A DNA stretch of 64,000 nt from the human T2T-CHM13v2.0 reference genome, Homo sapiens: NCBI RefSeq assembly GCF_009914755.1, contig NC_060937.1; one strand, given 5' to 3'. Under the pieces are notes generated by a model. It was not told where the DNA came from. It was given only the letters and a program-made list of their open reading frames with translations, and ran no database searches. The translations under genes were made by a program, and so were the position numbers. Each line of letters opens with the position of its first letter. Position 1 is the stretch's first letter. Positions 27,611 to 40,360 of the stretch are shown here, one piece after another.

Positions 27611-28859
27611 GTAGAAAAATATTTGTTTTTTTTGTTTGTTTGTTTTTGAGACAGTCTCACCCATTTCTAGACAATTTTTTAATATGGGAAAATAAGGCAA
27701 AATCAACCAAAATGTTCAAGCTGCTCAAGGGGTGTGTGGAAAGCGTTTTTATCAAGTCTTATTAGGACACAAATTTAAAAACCGACACACCTGCATGCAT
27801 GGGTGGAGGAGGGCATTTCCATAAGGGAAGATGAGGTAAGAATTTAGAAAAGAAATGATGCTTGACTTCGCCAAAGAAGGGAGGGGTGATCACCATCTTT
27901 GTATCCTCTAATCCATATTAAAATAGGATAAAACCAGATGAGATCTCAAATGATAATACTATTTTTAAGCTGTACAATTTTTTCACAATAATATCAAAAT
28001 ATATTTCAGAATTCATAGGCTTTCTCTAGTCAGTAAAATTTTTTTTTTAATTCGAAGGAGAAAGGGGGCAAAGAGAGCTGAAATACGACGATACTAGATT
28101 GACTGTTGATTACTGCTGAAGATGTAAGATGGAACATGGAGCTCATTGTGCAATTGTCTGCTTTTCTGTGTGTTCAGAATATTCCATTACAAAATGTTTA
28201 AAAGAAAAAAACTAACAAAAACAGCAACAGAAGGAATTCAGGAGGCAGTTTACTTTGGCTTTTGTTCCTCTGTATCATTTGTGGTTTCTCTAAAGCAAAG
28301 GGATGTTGAGCTCTTGGGAGTTTGGGCTTCTGGAAGTCTTGGGTTCTCCCATCACATGGGGACTTTGGTCCTCCCTCCCAAGCCACCTGACGATGGCTTG
28401 TGCAGCCTCAGAAACAGGAAGCCCGAGTAGAAATGCTTTCACCCTGCGTTGCCACCTTGGATGCTCTGAGAAAGTCTTTCTCTTTGAGAATGTCTCCTCT
28501 GCATTCATGACACCAGATCCTAGAAATAGGCACTCCAGCGTCCGGGGCAGTCACGTCCTGAAACCTGAGCATGTATTTGCTGAAGTCATTTTATTTTGAA
28601 ATTCAGAGATTGCATTTAAAGATAAGAAAGATATTTAAACCTGCTTTAAACATTCAGTCCTGGCTTCATTAAAATTTTGGCAAGTATTTACTCTCACTTG
28701 ACTTGAGAAGTACTTACCTTAGAAAATCAGATATTTGTTTTTTTGTCATATAGTCATTTTGGGAAGGTTCCAGAATGTTCCTGTACAATGTTGCTAATAG
28801 AAATTGAAGATGCTCTCTTTTTCTAGTTTAGAGTATTTACTATATGTTTATGCTCACAG

Positions 28860-28964
28860 CAAAGCATGTGGATTCAAAGTTAAGAGCAGGCAACAAAGAA
28901 GCCACAGACGAGGAGCTGGAGCGGACGTTGGACAAGATCATGATCCTGTTCAGGTTTATCCACG
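28860..28964 (+). CDS. CUL4A: Cullin-4A exon 12 ([12 protein letters not shown]...ILFRFIH-G)
   Basis: cacag / GTGAGA; 105 nt. Confidence 0.98.
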
Positions 28965-29092
28965 GTGAGACTCGGGCACTCAGAAAATGCTGCATAATCA
29001 AGAGGTGTAAACAGGCCCTGCTTTCCCAGAGGAGGTTTAGCATGAGAATGTCAGTATCAGTAGAGCCAGTTTGCATTAGAATGAACACTTTT

Positions 29093-29302
29093 CATCCTTG
29101 CTAACATGGTGAAACCCCGTCTCTACTAAAAATACAAAAAATTAGCCAGGCGTGGTGGCAGGCGCCTGTAGTCCCACCTACTTGGGAGGCTGAGGCAGAG
29201 AATGGCGTGAACGCGGGAGGCGGAGCTTGCAGTGAGCCGAGATCGCGCCACTGCACTCCAGCCTGGGCAACAGAGCAAGACTCTGTCTCAAAAAAAAAAA
29301 AA
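29093..29302 (+). mobile_element. 5'-truncated Alu (AluY-like)
   Basis: Starts at CATCCTTGCTAACATGG; TSD AACACTTTT 29084-29092 / 29303-29311. Confidence 0.9.
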
Positions 29303-29394
29303 AACACTTTTAAGGGTTTTCAGCAGTTGAAGTTTGAAGTTTAACATTTGCTTATCAACTCTCTGATGTCTTGATTATTCTCGTCTGGTTATAA

Positions 29395-29702
<308 letters not shown>

Positions 29703-29734
29703 TAGGTAAAGCGGCTTTTTAAAAAGTATCTGTT

Positions 29735-30100
29735 AGTGTGGTGGCTCATGCCTGTAATCCCAGCACTTTGGGAGGCAGAGGCAAGAGACGTTCTTGAGGC
29801 CAGAAGTTCAAAACTACCCTGATCAACATAGCAAGACCCAGTCTCTACAAAAGAAAAATTTTTTTAATGAACAGGTAGTCCTAGCTACTGGGGTAGGGCT
29901 GAAGTGAGAAGATCACTTGAGCCCAGGAGTTTGAGGCTGCAGTGAGCCGTGACTGCACCACTGCGCTCCAGCCTGGGCAACAGAGTGAGACCTTGTCGTG
30001 GATGGGTGGATAGATAGATAATACATAGACAGAGATAGCAGTACCTTGTCATAGATAGATAAATAGATAAGGTAGGTAGATTCAATAGATTAGATAGAAT
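29735..30100 (+). mobile_element. Alu (AluJ-like) followed by degenerate (GATA)n microsatellite (~30000-30100)
   Basis: Alu body, then TAGATAGATA-type repeats in place of the A-tail. Confidence 0.85.
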
Positions 30101-30405
30101 GAATCTCACTCTATGTAAGAAGAAAATTACACTATTAACGTTTCACAAGTAAATTTTAAAAGAAGAAAAAGAAGATCTAAACGTGTGGCAAGAATTTTAT
30201 TTCAGTGAGTCTGGTGGTGACACCTGAAGAAGGGAAAAAGGCAGTCCTAGTGAGGCATTGGGTTTCATGGAATACATTCTGGGGACTGAGATAAATTCTA
30301 ACACAGATGAAACTTTATATTGAAAATTACACAGTTTATTTTGTTTTAGGTTAATTATGTTTTATTACTTTCTCAAAATGATTGTCTTGGATTTCTCTGT
30401 TTTAG

Positions 30406-30513
30406 CATATGCAGAATCAGAGTGACTCAGGCCCTATAGACCTCACAGTGAACATACTCACAATGGGCTACTGGCCAACATACACGCCCATGGAAGTGCA
30501 CTTAACCCCAGAA
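30406..30513 (+). CDS. CUL4A: Cullin-4A exon 15 ([36 protein letters not shown])
   Basis: ttag / GTAAGT; 108 nt. Confidence 0.98.
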
Positions 30514-31139
30514 GTAAGTGTGCAGAAAGCATGCTGTCCGCTCCCGCTGTCATGCCCTTACCAGGCACAGATATGTTGCCTTCAAGAATTGTTGAATGGG
30601 GAGTTTTTAAAAATAGCCCACTCAGTCCAAAATCAAAGTGCTCTTATGGTCTTTGGAAATGTGCTTGAGAAAGTGACCACTTTTGTCACCTTCTGTGGCT
30701 CCTCCCAGTGCAGCCTGTGTCCACCTGCTGACCTGCAGGGGGCCCATGAGCACAGGCACTTGTTTTGGAAGTTATGGCTTATTAAGCTGCGGTTCTTGTC
30801 TGGTTGTTCTTTCTTTCCATTGTAGACAGTGCTGAAGTCTTGGGAATGGCATTATTTAGGGCCTTCTTTGTCAGCCACTACTTTAGCTACACTAAACCCT
30901 TCAGTGGAGGGTTTGCATGCCGGAGGTAGAATTCTGTGCTCAATGAAGTTAACATCAGCAGGAGATACAATACATGCACCATTCATTTAATACCAGGCGA
31001 AGGGAAAGGGCTGAGACCAGCCTGCAATCATGGAAGACTTCCTGGAAAAGGCGTCCCTTAAGCCTGATCTCAAGTAAAGATGAATGATGATTTCGTCAGC
31101 TGAGAAGGGAAGAAAGACACACAGCTACAGTGGTAGGAC

Positions 31140-32105
31140 AGTGTGATTCCTTTTCTTATCCATCATGAGGGTCATGGCCAATGCTCCTTTAACAAAAGAC
31201 AAATTAGGAGGAGAAAACCTTAACAAATTTATTTAATCAAAGTTTTATTTAACACATCAGGCTTCAGAAACGAAGACCAAAGACCCAGGGAAGACTGTCC
31301 ATTGTTATGCTTAGGTTTGATAAAGAATGGGCAGCCATGTAGAAATAGGTGTGTTAGTCTGTTTTGCATTGCTGTAAAGGAATACCTGGGGCTGGGTAAT
31401 TTGTAAAGAAAAGAGTTTTCATTGGCTCATGGTTCTGCAGGCTATACAAGCATGGCACCTGTGTCTGTGCAACTTCTGATGAGGTCCCAGGAAGCTTTTA
31501 CTCAAGGTTGAAGGCAAAGGGGGAGTAGGCGAGAGAGAGGGCGCAACAGGTGGTGGGGGAAGGTCCCAGACTCCTTAACAATCAGATCTCGTGGTAACTC
31601 ATTACCACAGGGAGGGCGCCAGGCCATTCATGAGGGATCCACCCCCATGACCCAAACACCTCCCACCAGGCCCCACCTCCAGCACTGCAGATCACAGTTC
31701 ACCGTGAGATTTAGAGGGGACAGACCCCCAAACTCTTATCAATGTGACTGGACAGAAGGGTACCATCTAACAGTAGTAGAGTAGCGGGGAAACCAGTAAG
31801 GCCTGTCTGTTCAGATTCTTCTTGGCCTCACTGGGCAATGTTCTTTCCTCCCAGGTGTAGGGCAGGACACCTCTGGAACAAGAGTCTTATGACTTAACTA
31901 TCAGCAAGGTAGTTCAGAGAACTTCTTAATATCCAGATCCTACACAAAAGGGCATGGGAAGCATCGAGTAGTATCTCCAGGCTTTATGGCTGGCTTTGGG
32001 CAAGAGGGGTTTGAGTTTTCTCTGGCCTGCCTTGGGGAAGAAGAGTTCTCATTCCAGGAGAACTTTGGGGGAGAAGGTGAGTGAGAGAGCTTGCTTCTGA
32101 GGCGT
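31140..32105. mobile_element. ERV1-class LTR (MER4-group-like, subfamily not assigned) split by an MST LTR
   Basis: ACAAAAGACAAATTAGG..TTATGCTTAGGTTTGAT..GTAGAAATA | resumes TGACTGGACAGAAGGG..CCTGTCTGTTCAGATTCTTCTTGGCC. Confidence 0.55.
31350..31741 (-). mobile_element. MaLR solo LTR (MST-like)
   Basis: TGTGTTAGTCTGTTTTGCATTGCTGTAAAGGAATACCTG...CCCCCATGACCCAAACACCTCCCACCAGGCCCCACCTCC...TATCA. Confidence 0.9.
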
Positions 32106-33053
32106 CCTAGCCAGACTTAGAGAACATGTGCGGGATGCTCAAAGAAAGCCAGGCAGCCTGCTTTCCACGCTGGCCACGTGGTGCTGTCCCTTCCTGTCTC
32201 CACAGATGTTTGTGCTTCTGCACCATTCCCTTTCCCCTTAATATTCTAGTGGCTATTTCCCAAGAACATAAGCACCTGTCAAATGAGGGCATTCACTCTG
32301 ATGTAATACTTTCACCCCATTTCTGTTGGTTGTCTCAGATATGTCCTTTGTGGTGTTTTTCCGGTACCCAGCTGAGCCCAGGACCCAGGCGGCCTTCGAT
32401 GCTCCCTGTGAGTAGGTTCAGGTTGGGCAGGTCCAGCCAGATGCCCCGTGTCCCCATCAGGATCCTGGCGGGAGGTGCGCACTATCACGTGCCCCAGTGT
32501 CTTGGTGACATTCGATAGGATCCTCCTGTGAAGGTGCTGGCTGGTTTCTCCACCGTATCGTTAGTGTTTTTCCTTTTGTAATCACTAAGTAATCTGTGAG
32601 GAGACATTTCAAGACTACGTAAACCTCTTAATCCTCATCCAGCTGTCACCTGTGTGGCGATTCCTGGCTGAATTGATTTTTACCTGGTGAATGGGGATTT
32701 TTTTCCAGCTCTATCATTTCTCTATATTTAGAAGTTGGCATTCTAAGGAAGAGCCCTTCTTTCCACCCCCTTTATTTACTTATTTATTTCTCTCTCTTTA
32801 TATCATTATGAACTCAGGGATTCTTAATTTATGTACTTATTTTGATGCTTAAATTGTCCCATATGTGGTCTGTGAGCCACCCTTAACACTGGTTCCTTTG
32901 CTCTTTGATATGCCTACATCATTTTTTTAGTACTTTTTTGTTTTCTAGCAAAAGTTGTTTGAAGCTTACCATACTGTATTTTTTTATTGTGGTAAAATAT
33001 ACTTTAACATTCAAGTTACCTTTTTAAAGCGTGTGGTTCAGTAACATCCAGTG

Positions 33054-33430
33054 CAGTTGTTCCTCAGTATCCACGGGCTGTTGGTTCCAGGACTCCCACA
33101 GATACTAAAATTCACACTCAAGTCCGTTATTTTATATAAGTGTGAGATCTTAGATAACCTATGCATACTCTCCCATATACTGTAAATAATCTCTAGATGA
33201 TTTGTAATACCTAACAAATGCTGTGTAAATAGTTGTTACACTGTATTGTTAACAGTACAGTAACAGACCTGTCTGTTCAGATTCTTCCTGGCCTTTTAGG
33301 GGATCACTGACAAAAAAACTTAGTGCATGTTCAGTACAGACAACCATCCTTTTTTTGCTTTCGAATATTTTTGACCTGAGATTGGTTGAATCCATGGCTG
33401 TGGAACCCATGGACACAGAAGGCCAGTGGT
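33054..33430. mobile_element. MER2-like (Tigger-derived) DNA transposon
   Basis: TIR-like ends CAGTTGTTCCTCAGTATCCACGGG...CCCATGGACACAGAAGGCCAGTG; internal TTGGTTCCAGGAC. Confidence 0.8.
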
Positions 33431-33649
33431 ACATTTACAGTGTTACAGAGCTGTCACCCCTGTCGATTCCAGAATTTTTCCATCATTCCATTAGCAGCTC
33501 CTCCCCAGCCTGCTCTGCTCCGGACCCCGGCAGCCACTATCTGCTTCCTGTCTCTGTGGATTTGTCTACATTAGATAGTTCACAGAAATGGAATCACAAT
33601 ATGTGAGCTTTTGTGTCTGGCTTCTTTCACTTAGCGTGCTGTTTTCAAA

Positions 33650-33890
33650 GTCCATCCGTGCTGCACCATACATGAGCGCTTTATTCCATCCATGCTGTAC
33701 CATACATGAGCGCTTTATTCCATCCATGCTGTACCATACATGAGCGCTTTATTCCATCCATGCTGTGCCATACATCAGCGCTTTATTCCATCCATGCTGT
33801 GCCATACATCAGCGCTTTATTCCATCCATGCTGTACCATACATGAGCGCTTTATTCCATCCGTGCTGCACCATACATCAGTGCTTTATTC
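33650..33890. repeat. 34-bp minisatellite, ~7 copies, arisen within L1
   Basis: TTATTCCATCCATGCTGTACCATACATGAGCGCT at 33681, 33715, ... Confidence 0.95.
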
Positions 33891-34627
33891 CTTTTCTGGC
33901 TGAATAACATCACATTGTATCGATAGGTCACATCTGGTTTCTCCATTCACCAAACATTGGGCATTTGGGTTATTTCCACCTTTTGGCCGCTGTGAATAAT
34001 GCTGCTATGAACATGGGTGTACAAGTTTTAGTTTGAACACCTGCGGTCACTTATTTTGGGGTATATACCTGGGAGTGGAACTGCTGGGTCATGCAGTAAC
34101 TTGAAGTTTAAGTTACTGAGGAATTGCCGGACTGTTTCCCACAGTGGCTGCAGCAGCTTTTATTCCAGTTAGCAATCACGAGAGCTTCCCACCTTCTCAC
34201 CTACACCTGTGATCTGCCTCTTTCGTTGTAGCCATCCCTGTCCATATGAGCTGGTCTCTCATCTTGCCGTGATTTGCATTTCCCTGATGACTGTTGATGT
34301 TGAGCATCTTTTCATGTCCTGATTGACCATTTGCGTATCTTCTTTGGAGAAATGTCTGTTCACGTGCTTTGCCTAGTTTTTAACCGGGCTGTTTATCTTT
34401 TGTTATTAAGCTATAAGAGCTCTTTATATTCCAAATGCTAGACCCTTATCAGATCTGTGATTTGCAAGTATTTTCTCCCATTCTGTGGGCTATCTTTTTA
34501 CTTTCTTGATAGTGTGCTTCTACAAAAGTTTTTAATTATGGTAAAATCACATTTATTTTCTCTTTTGTAACTTTTGGTGTCATGTCTGAGAAACCATTGC
34601 CAAATCAAGATCACAAAAAATTGACGA

Positions 34628-34925
34628 GGCCAGGTGCAGTGCCTCACACCTGTAATCTCAGAACTTTGGGAAGCCAAAGATCACTTGAGCCCAGGAGTTA
34701 GGAACAGCCTAGACGACATGGTAAAGCCCCGTCTCTACAAAAAATAGACAGATTAGCCGCATGTCGTGGTGTCTGCCTACAGACCCAGCCACTCAGGAGG
34801 TTGAGGTGGCAGGATTGCCTGAGTCTGGGAGGTTAAGGCTGCAGTGAGCTGTGATGGAGCCGCTGTACTCCATCCTGGGCAACAGAGTGAGATCCGAGAC
34901 CGTGTCTCAAAAAAAGAAAATAAAA
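34628..34925 (+). mobile_element. Alu (AluJ-like) inside L1
   Basis: Dimer with A-rich tail. Confidence 0.9.
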
Positions 34926-35921
34926 TAGCACTATGTATTCTCCCAAAAGTTTTATAGTTTTAGCTCATATGTTTCAGTCTTTGACCCATTTTGGGCCTGG
35001 ACTGGTAGCTAGCACATAGTACCCAAACGATAGCATTATGATGATAATTATCCTCATTAATACCAATCCAGTCCTAGGAATGAATCCCAAGGAGATGGTT
35101 TTTAGGAAAGATATGCACTAAGAGGTTTATCACAAACCATGGTACTTCTCAAGGCAAAAAGAAAGAAGAGGCTTATCACATTATTGACTTTTATTTAGGT
35201 ATGGTAATGGCATAGTAGATACATTTCCTAAAAGAGTTCCTGTCCTTTAGAGATACAGAAATACCTACAAATGAAATGAAATCGATGATATCGCGCCTGG
35301 GATTTGGTGTCATTGAAGATGGGGAGTAGGTGCAGCAGGTGATTTATACATGTGGTTTCATAGAAAGGTGACTCTTGGGCTGAGTTTTGAAGCATGAAGA
35401 GGAGATTGCCAAGCAGATGTGAGGTCAGCAGGAATTTCTGACAGGGCACAGCTTAGACAGAAACACAGAGAAACTAAAAGGGCACGTCAAGTCTAGAGAG
35501 CAGCAGGCATTTATGCAGCACCTGCTGGTGCCATGTACAGTGCTGCAATGGGGAGTCAGAGAGCCAGAGGCCCTGCCCTGTGAGCCCCTGTCCGGAGTCC
35601 ACATTCACACTGTGCTATAGATGCTGGTAGAGCTAAGAGGGTGTCAGAGAAGACCTCTCTGAGGAGGCGGTTCTGGAAATGAGTAGGTTTCATGAGGGAG
35701 ATGGGATATGGGATCCAGCAGAAGAAACCACGTGTGTGAAAGTCTGAGGGGATGAGAATGTATGAAAGACAGTGGAATGATCGACTGAACTGGGCCTGGA
35801 GGATGGGAGGGGCACAGGCCAGGTCTGTGAGATCAGAGGTTAGAATTTCACGCTTTCTTTGTCCCAAGATCTTTAGAAGCCATCCAGAGACACAGGGAAT
35901 GGTGAGCTCGTGGGAGAGGAG

Positions 35922-36307
35922 GGATTGGTTTGGATTTGTGTTCCTGCCCAAATCTCATATTGAATTGTAATCACCACTGCTGGGGGAGGGCCCGGGTGGG
36001 AAGCGACCGGATCATGGGGGCAGATTTCCCCCTTGCTGTGCTCATGGTAGTGAGTGAGTTCTCATGAGATCTGGTTGTTTAAAAGTATGTAGCACCTCCC
36101 CCTTCTCTCTCTTCCCTGCTCCCGTCATGTGAAGACGTGCCTGCTTTTTTCCCCTTACCTTCTGCCATGATTAAAAGTTTCCTGAGGCCTCCACAGCCAA
36201 GCTACTTGTACAGCCTGCAGAACTGTGAGCCAATTAAACTTTCCTTCTTTATAAATTACCCAGTGTCAGGTATTTCTTTATAGCAGTGAAAGAATGGACC
36301 CATACAA
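35922..36307 (+). mobile_element. MaLR solo LTR (MST-like)
   Basis: TGGTTTGGATTTGTGTTCCTGCCCAAATCTCATATTGAATTGTAATC...AAATTACCCAGTGTCAGGTATTTCTTTATAGCAGTG. Confidence 0.9.
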
Positions 36308-36713
36308 GACGTATAGGTGGATGCTGAGTCCCGGAGCATTGGCATTTGTGGAGTGGACGAGAGCAGGGGGAGGCCACGCCCTGGGCTGTGCAGAGATGGT
36401 CTCCTGAGGCGAAACTGGTGAGCCCTTGCGTGCGCAGCACAGACGTGTCGGAGATCCCGGGTGCAGTGGACACCAGACAGGATCAAGCTGAAGAGTGGAG
36501 GGTATGACGGACCAGGAAGGGCATGCAGAAGTCAGGGAAAGCACCGCGCATGGGAGAGTCACACACAGCCTGCCCCTGAGAGGCATCCGGAAAACACGAG
36601 CAGGATCCGGGCGATGGGAAAGGCTGGTGCACTGAACGCTGGGAACTTGAAAATGCAGCAACCACAATTTTAAGGATCAGTAGAAAGTTTGGAAAATGTA
36701 AGAAATTCACTCA

Positions 36714-36997
36714 AGGCCAGGCACAGTCTAATTCCAGCGTTTTGGGAGGCCGAGGCAGGAGGAGCGCTTGGGCCCAGGATTTCAAGACCAGCCTGGGCAG
36801 CATGAGAAGACCCATCTCTACAACAACAACAACAACAAAAATCAACGGGCTTGGTGTCATGTACCTGTAGTCCCAGCTGCTCAGGACACTGAGGCAGGTG
36901 GATCACTTGCACCTGGGAGATCCAGCCTGCAGTAAGCTAGGATCACACCACAACCTGGCTGACAGAGCAAGCCTGTGTTCCAAAAAAGAAAAGAAAT
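36714..36997 (+). mobile_element. Alu (AluJ-like), (CAA)n linker
   Basis: Diverged dimer. Confidence 0.85.
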
Positions 36998-37531
36998 TCA
37001 CCCAGAAACTAATCATAGAAACAACTAACTCGTGCTGCACTTTCTGTGCAGGCCCAGATGGAGGTGTTTGCCATCAGCCCCTGCACAGTGCAACGCAAGG
37101 GGTTGTGGTGTCACCCTTCACAGATGAGGAAGCAGGAGCCCCGCTCATTGCCGGGAACACCAGCCGAGGCCAGGGCTGGGCATGGCCGGGCTGAGACACA
37201 GGATCTGGCCTCAGACACCTTTTTCTTGACGGGCTCCAGTCTTCACTCTGTGCCACTGGCCCCAGCAAGCCCTGGTATGTACAGAGACCACGGAATACAG
37301 CTGGTCTGTACCATGAAACACCAGTGCAGGCATTATCTCGTTGACACTGAGAAGCCCCAAAGTTCAAGGATTGAGGACGTTTTTACAAATAATGGAATCC
37401 AGAAAGTGTGAGAATATAGAGCTGACCTTTTAATTCAGCCGTGAGAAATTGTAAAACTCTGTGCATTGAATGGGGAGCTATTGAGATGGATGGTGTGTGG
37501 CATAATTTTGTTGTTCTCCTATGCTTAACAG

Positions 37532-37645
37532 ATGATTAAACTTCAGGAAGTATTTAAGGCATTTTATCTTGGAAAGCACAGTGGTCGAAAACTTCAGTGG
37601 CAAACTACTTTGGGACATGCTGTTTTAAAAGCGGAGTTTAAAGAA
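37532..37645 (+). CDS. CUL4A: Cullin-4A exon 16 ([38 protein letters not shown])
   Basis: acag / GTAAGT; 114 nt; cullin GRKL.W motif. Confidence 0.98.
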
Positions 37646-38788
37646 GTAAGTTGTCTGTTTCATTTATTTTTTATTATTTGTAAATATGTTAATATAATTT
37701 TTTTATTGTTACTGGACTTTAGTAGCAAAAAAGGAGTGTTTCACTTTAATTCACTAGCTTTTATAAGTCAATAAAATTTGTAACAGTTAAAGGGTTATTA
37801 TTCCAATCAATAAAAATTCTTAAGAAATCAATCCATAGAAAACCATTTACCTATTGAAAAAAAGAGCAGAGAATGTGAAGAGGCAACTCATAAAAGCAAA
37901 ATTGAAAAAAATATCTGTGAAGATGCATTACACTTCTCTGCTAAACAGAGGGCTTCAAAGTAAAATACAGTAAGATGCCACTTTTTGACTAAGAGATTTG
38001 ATGAAGCCTAAAAAATAAAAAAAAATTAAAAAAAACAGACTCTTGCCCACTACTGGAAGAAGCATAAACTGTAGTGAGCTTTTGGAAGGGCAGTTTGGCA
38101 TTGTGAACTTTGGCAACCCTGCTGCCGAGTTGTTGCCTTAGTTTCAACTCTAGGAACTCATCTTAATAAGACATTTTCACGGATTAATGAATGAGAATAG
38201 TGGTTGCAGTGCTGTTATTATGAGCGATTATTTAAGAGGGGAGAATGCATACAATGCACTGATCAATGAAAGGCGCTTATGAAACGGCAATTATATACAC
38301 TAAGCAAAAACATAAAATTCCTATTTTGTATAGCTGTTATATTAATAATAAACTTATCTGTACATTATCAAATAAGTTATACATACCTACTTTATTATTG
38401 TAGAGAGTCATATACATGAAACCATATATTCTCTTCCTTAAGGTATTAGGAAAGTTAATTTCTATTATCCCCAGTTTTTTACCTACTTGCTGACTTTAGT
38501 TGAACTTGACCTCCACAGGGTCTGTACCAGCACCACCAACTGCAGCTCTCTCCAGGTGTGCAGGAAGGGCTTGTTATGGGCTTGTGATGAGTCTGGGCTG
38601 GGTCCGCAGAGGGGGCCACCAACTGTCACCCAAACTCTCATGTGCCTCTCGTGGGTCTGACCTGGAGGCATGTGGCAAGTTGCTGCAGCACTAACTCCTG
38701 AATAGAAAAGGAGATCATCCTGGGATATATAAGGCCAAATTGCATTCACCCCTACGTTACAGTCAGTCCCGTATAAAAGAAAGCTGGA

Positions 38789-39112
<324 letters not shown>

Positions 39113-39142
39113 TCAGAGGTGTGATGAGGCCTTCTCTTCCAG

Positions 39143-39248
39143 GGGAAGAAGGAATTCCAGGTGTCCCTCTTCCAGACACTGGTGCTCCTCATGTTCAACG
39201 AGGGAGATGGCTTCAGCTTTGAGGAGATAAAAATGGCCACGGGGATAG
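39143..39248 (+). CDS. CUL4A: Cullin-4A exon 17 ([36 protein letters not shown])
   Basis: ccag / GTACGA; 106 nt. Confidence 0.98.
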
Positions 39249-39402
39249 GTACGAAAACTGCAGAGTGCATAGCTCCATGAGTTGTTCTTAAAGCATGTAT
39301 TTGTTTTAAGATAAGACATAGACTTGGTAGCATGATTGGTTTACTGTTGTTGAGTCTCATTCGTTTAACGCCAGCCTTTGCCTGCATTTGCTTCCCATTC
39401 AG

Positions 39403-39575
39403 AGGATAGTGAATTGCGCAGAACGCTGCAGTCCCTGGCCTGTGGCAAAGCACGTGTGCTGATTAAAAGTCCCAAAGGAAAGGAAGTGGAAGATGGAGAC
39501 AAGTTCATTTTTAATGGAGAGTTCAAGCACAAGTTGTTTAGAATAAAGATCAATCAAATTCAGATGAAGGAAACT
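39403..39575 (+). CDS. CUL4A: Cullin-4A exon 18 ([19 protein letters not shown]...IQMKET)
   Basis: ttcag / GTATGT; 173 nt. Confidence 0.98.
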
Positions 39576-39884
39576 GTATGTATAAACTTTCTCTTTTTAC
39601 TTATAGGGGGTTTAGCAGGGAATCATTTGTTTTTGTAGTAATGTTTTTGGCTGTTAGAGGCCTGAAGCACATTTCTACAATAATCCAATTTCACTATGTA
39701 ATGTTTATAAGAGTACTCATTTTCCTGTCGCTTTCATTAACTTCACATTCTCAGTAGGAAAGAAAATCAGAAAAAAAGCCACTTAATGTTATTCCTATTC
39801 ACAAAAAAGTTGTGTGCTAAGCCAGAACTCCCCATGGTCATAGGGTTTCGAAAATTATCCACACTTTCTATGGTAATAGAATCT

Positions 39885-40360
39885 GATATGGTTCACTCTT
39901 GGTGTTGTACATTCTGTGGGTCTGGGTAAATGTATAATGTTATGTATCCACCATTATAGGATCATACAGGACAGTTTCATTGCCCTAAAAATTCTCTTAT
40001 GTTCTGTCGCTGTATCCCTGTCTCCCTCCGAGCCCCTGGCAACCCCTGACCCTGTTACTGTCACCATAGTTTTGCCCTTTCCTGAATGCCGTACAGTTGG
40101 AGTCATAGTGTATATAGCCTTTTCAGATTGGCTTCTTTATTTATTAGAACGTATTTGAGGTTCACCGTGTCTTTTCATGACTGGGTAACTCTGCTTTTTG
40201 CACTGAAGGATTCTCCGTTGTCTGGATGCATCACAACTTATCCCTTCACCTACTGAAGGACATCTGGTTGTTTCCAAGTTTTGGTGATGATGACTAAAGC
40301 TGCTATAAACATTTCTGTGCAGGTTTTTATGTGGACTTAAGTTTTTAACTCCTTTGAGGG
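39885..40360 (-). mobile_element. Old L1 3' region, antisense
   Basis: GGTTCACTCTTGGTGTTGTACATTCTGTGGG..CCCTTCACCTACTGAAGGACATCTGGTTG..GCTGCTATAAACATT. Confidence 0.75.

Larger units (their letters stand above)
32450..34995 (-). mobile_element. Old L1 (L1M) antisense fragments, interrupted by MER2, a 34-bp VNTR and an Alu
   Basis: L1 3' antisense phrases (CTTTTGTGTCTGGCTTCTTTCACTTAGC; GCTGCTATGAACATGGGTGTACAAG; TTTGCATTTCCCTGATGACT; TCTTCTTTGGAGAAATGTCTGTTCA). Confidence 0.85.

Noticed and set aside
30514-30825. 103-codon open extension after exon 15
   Set aside because: Strong GTAAGT donor at 30514; the extension has no cullin similarity; plausibly chance
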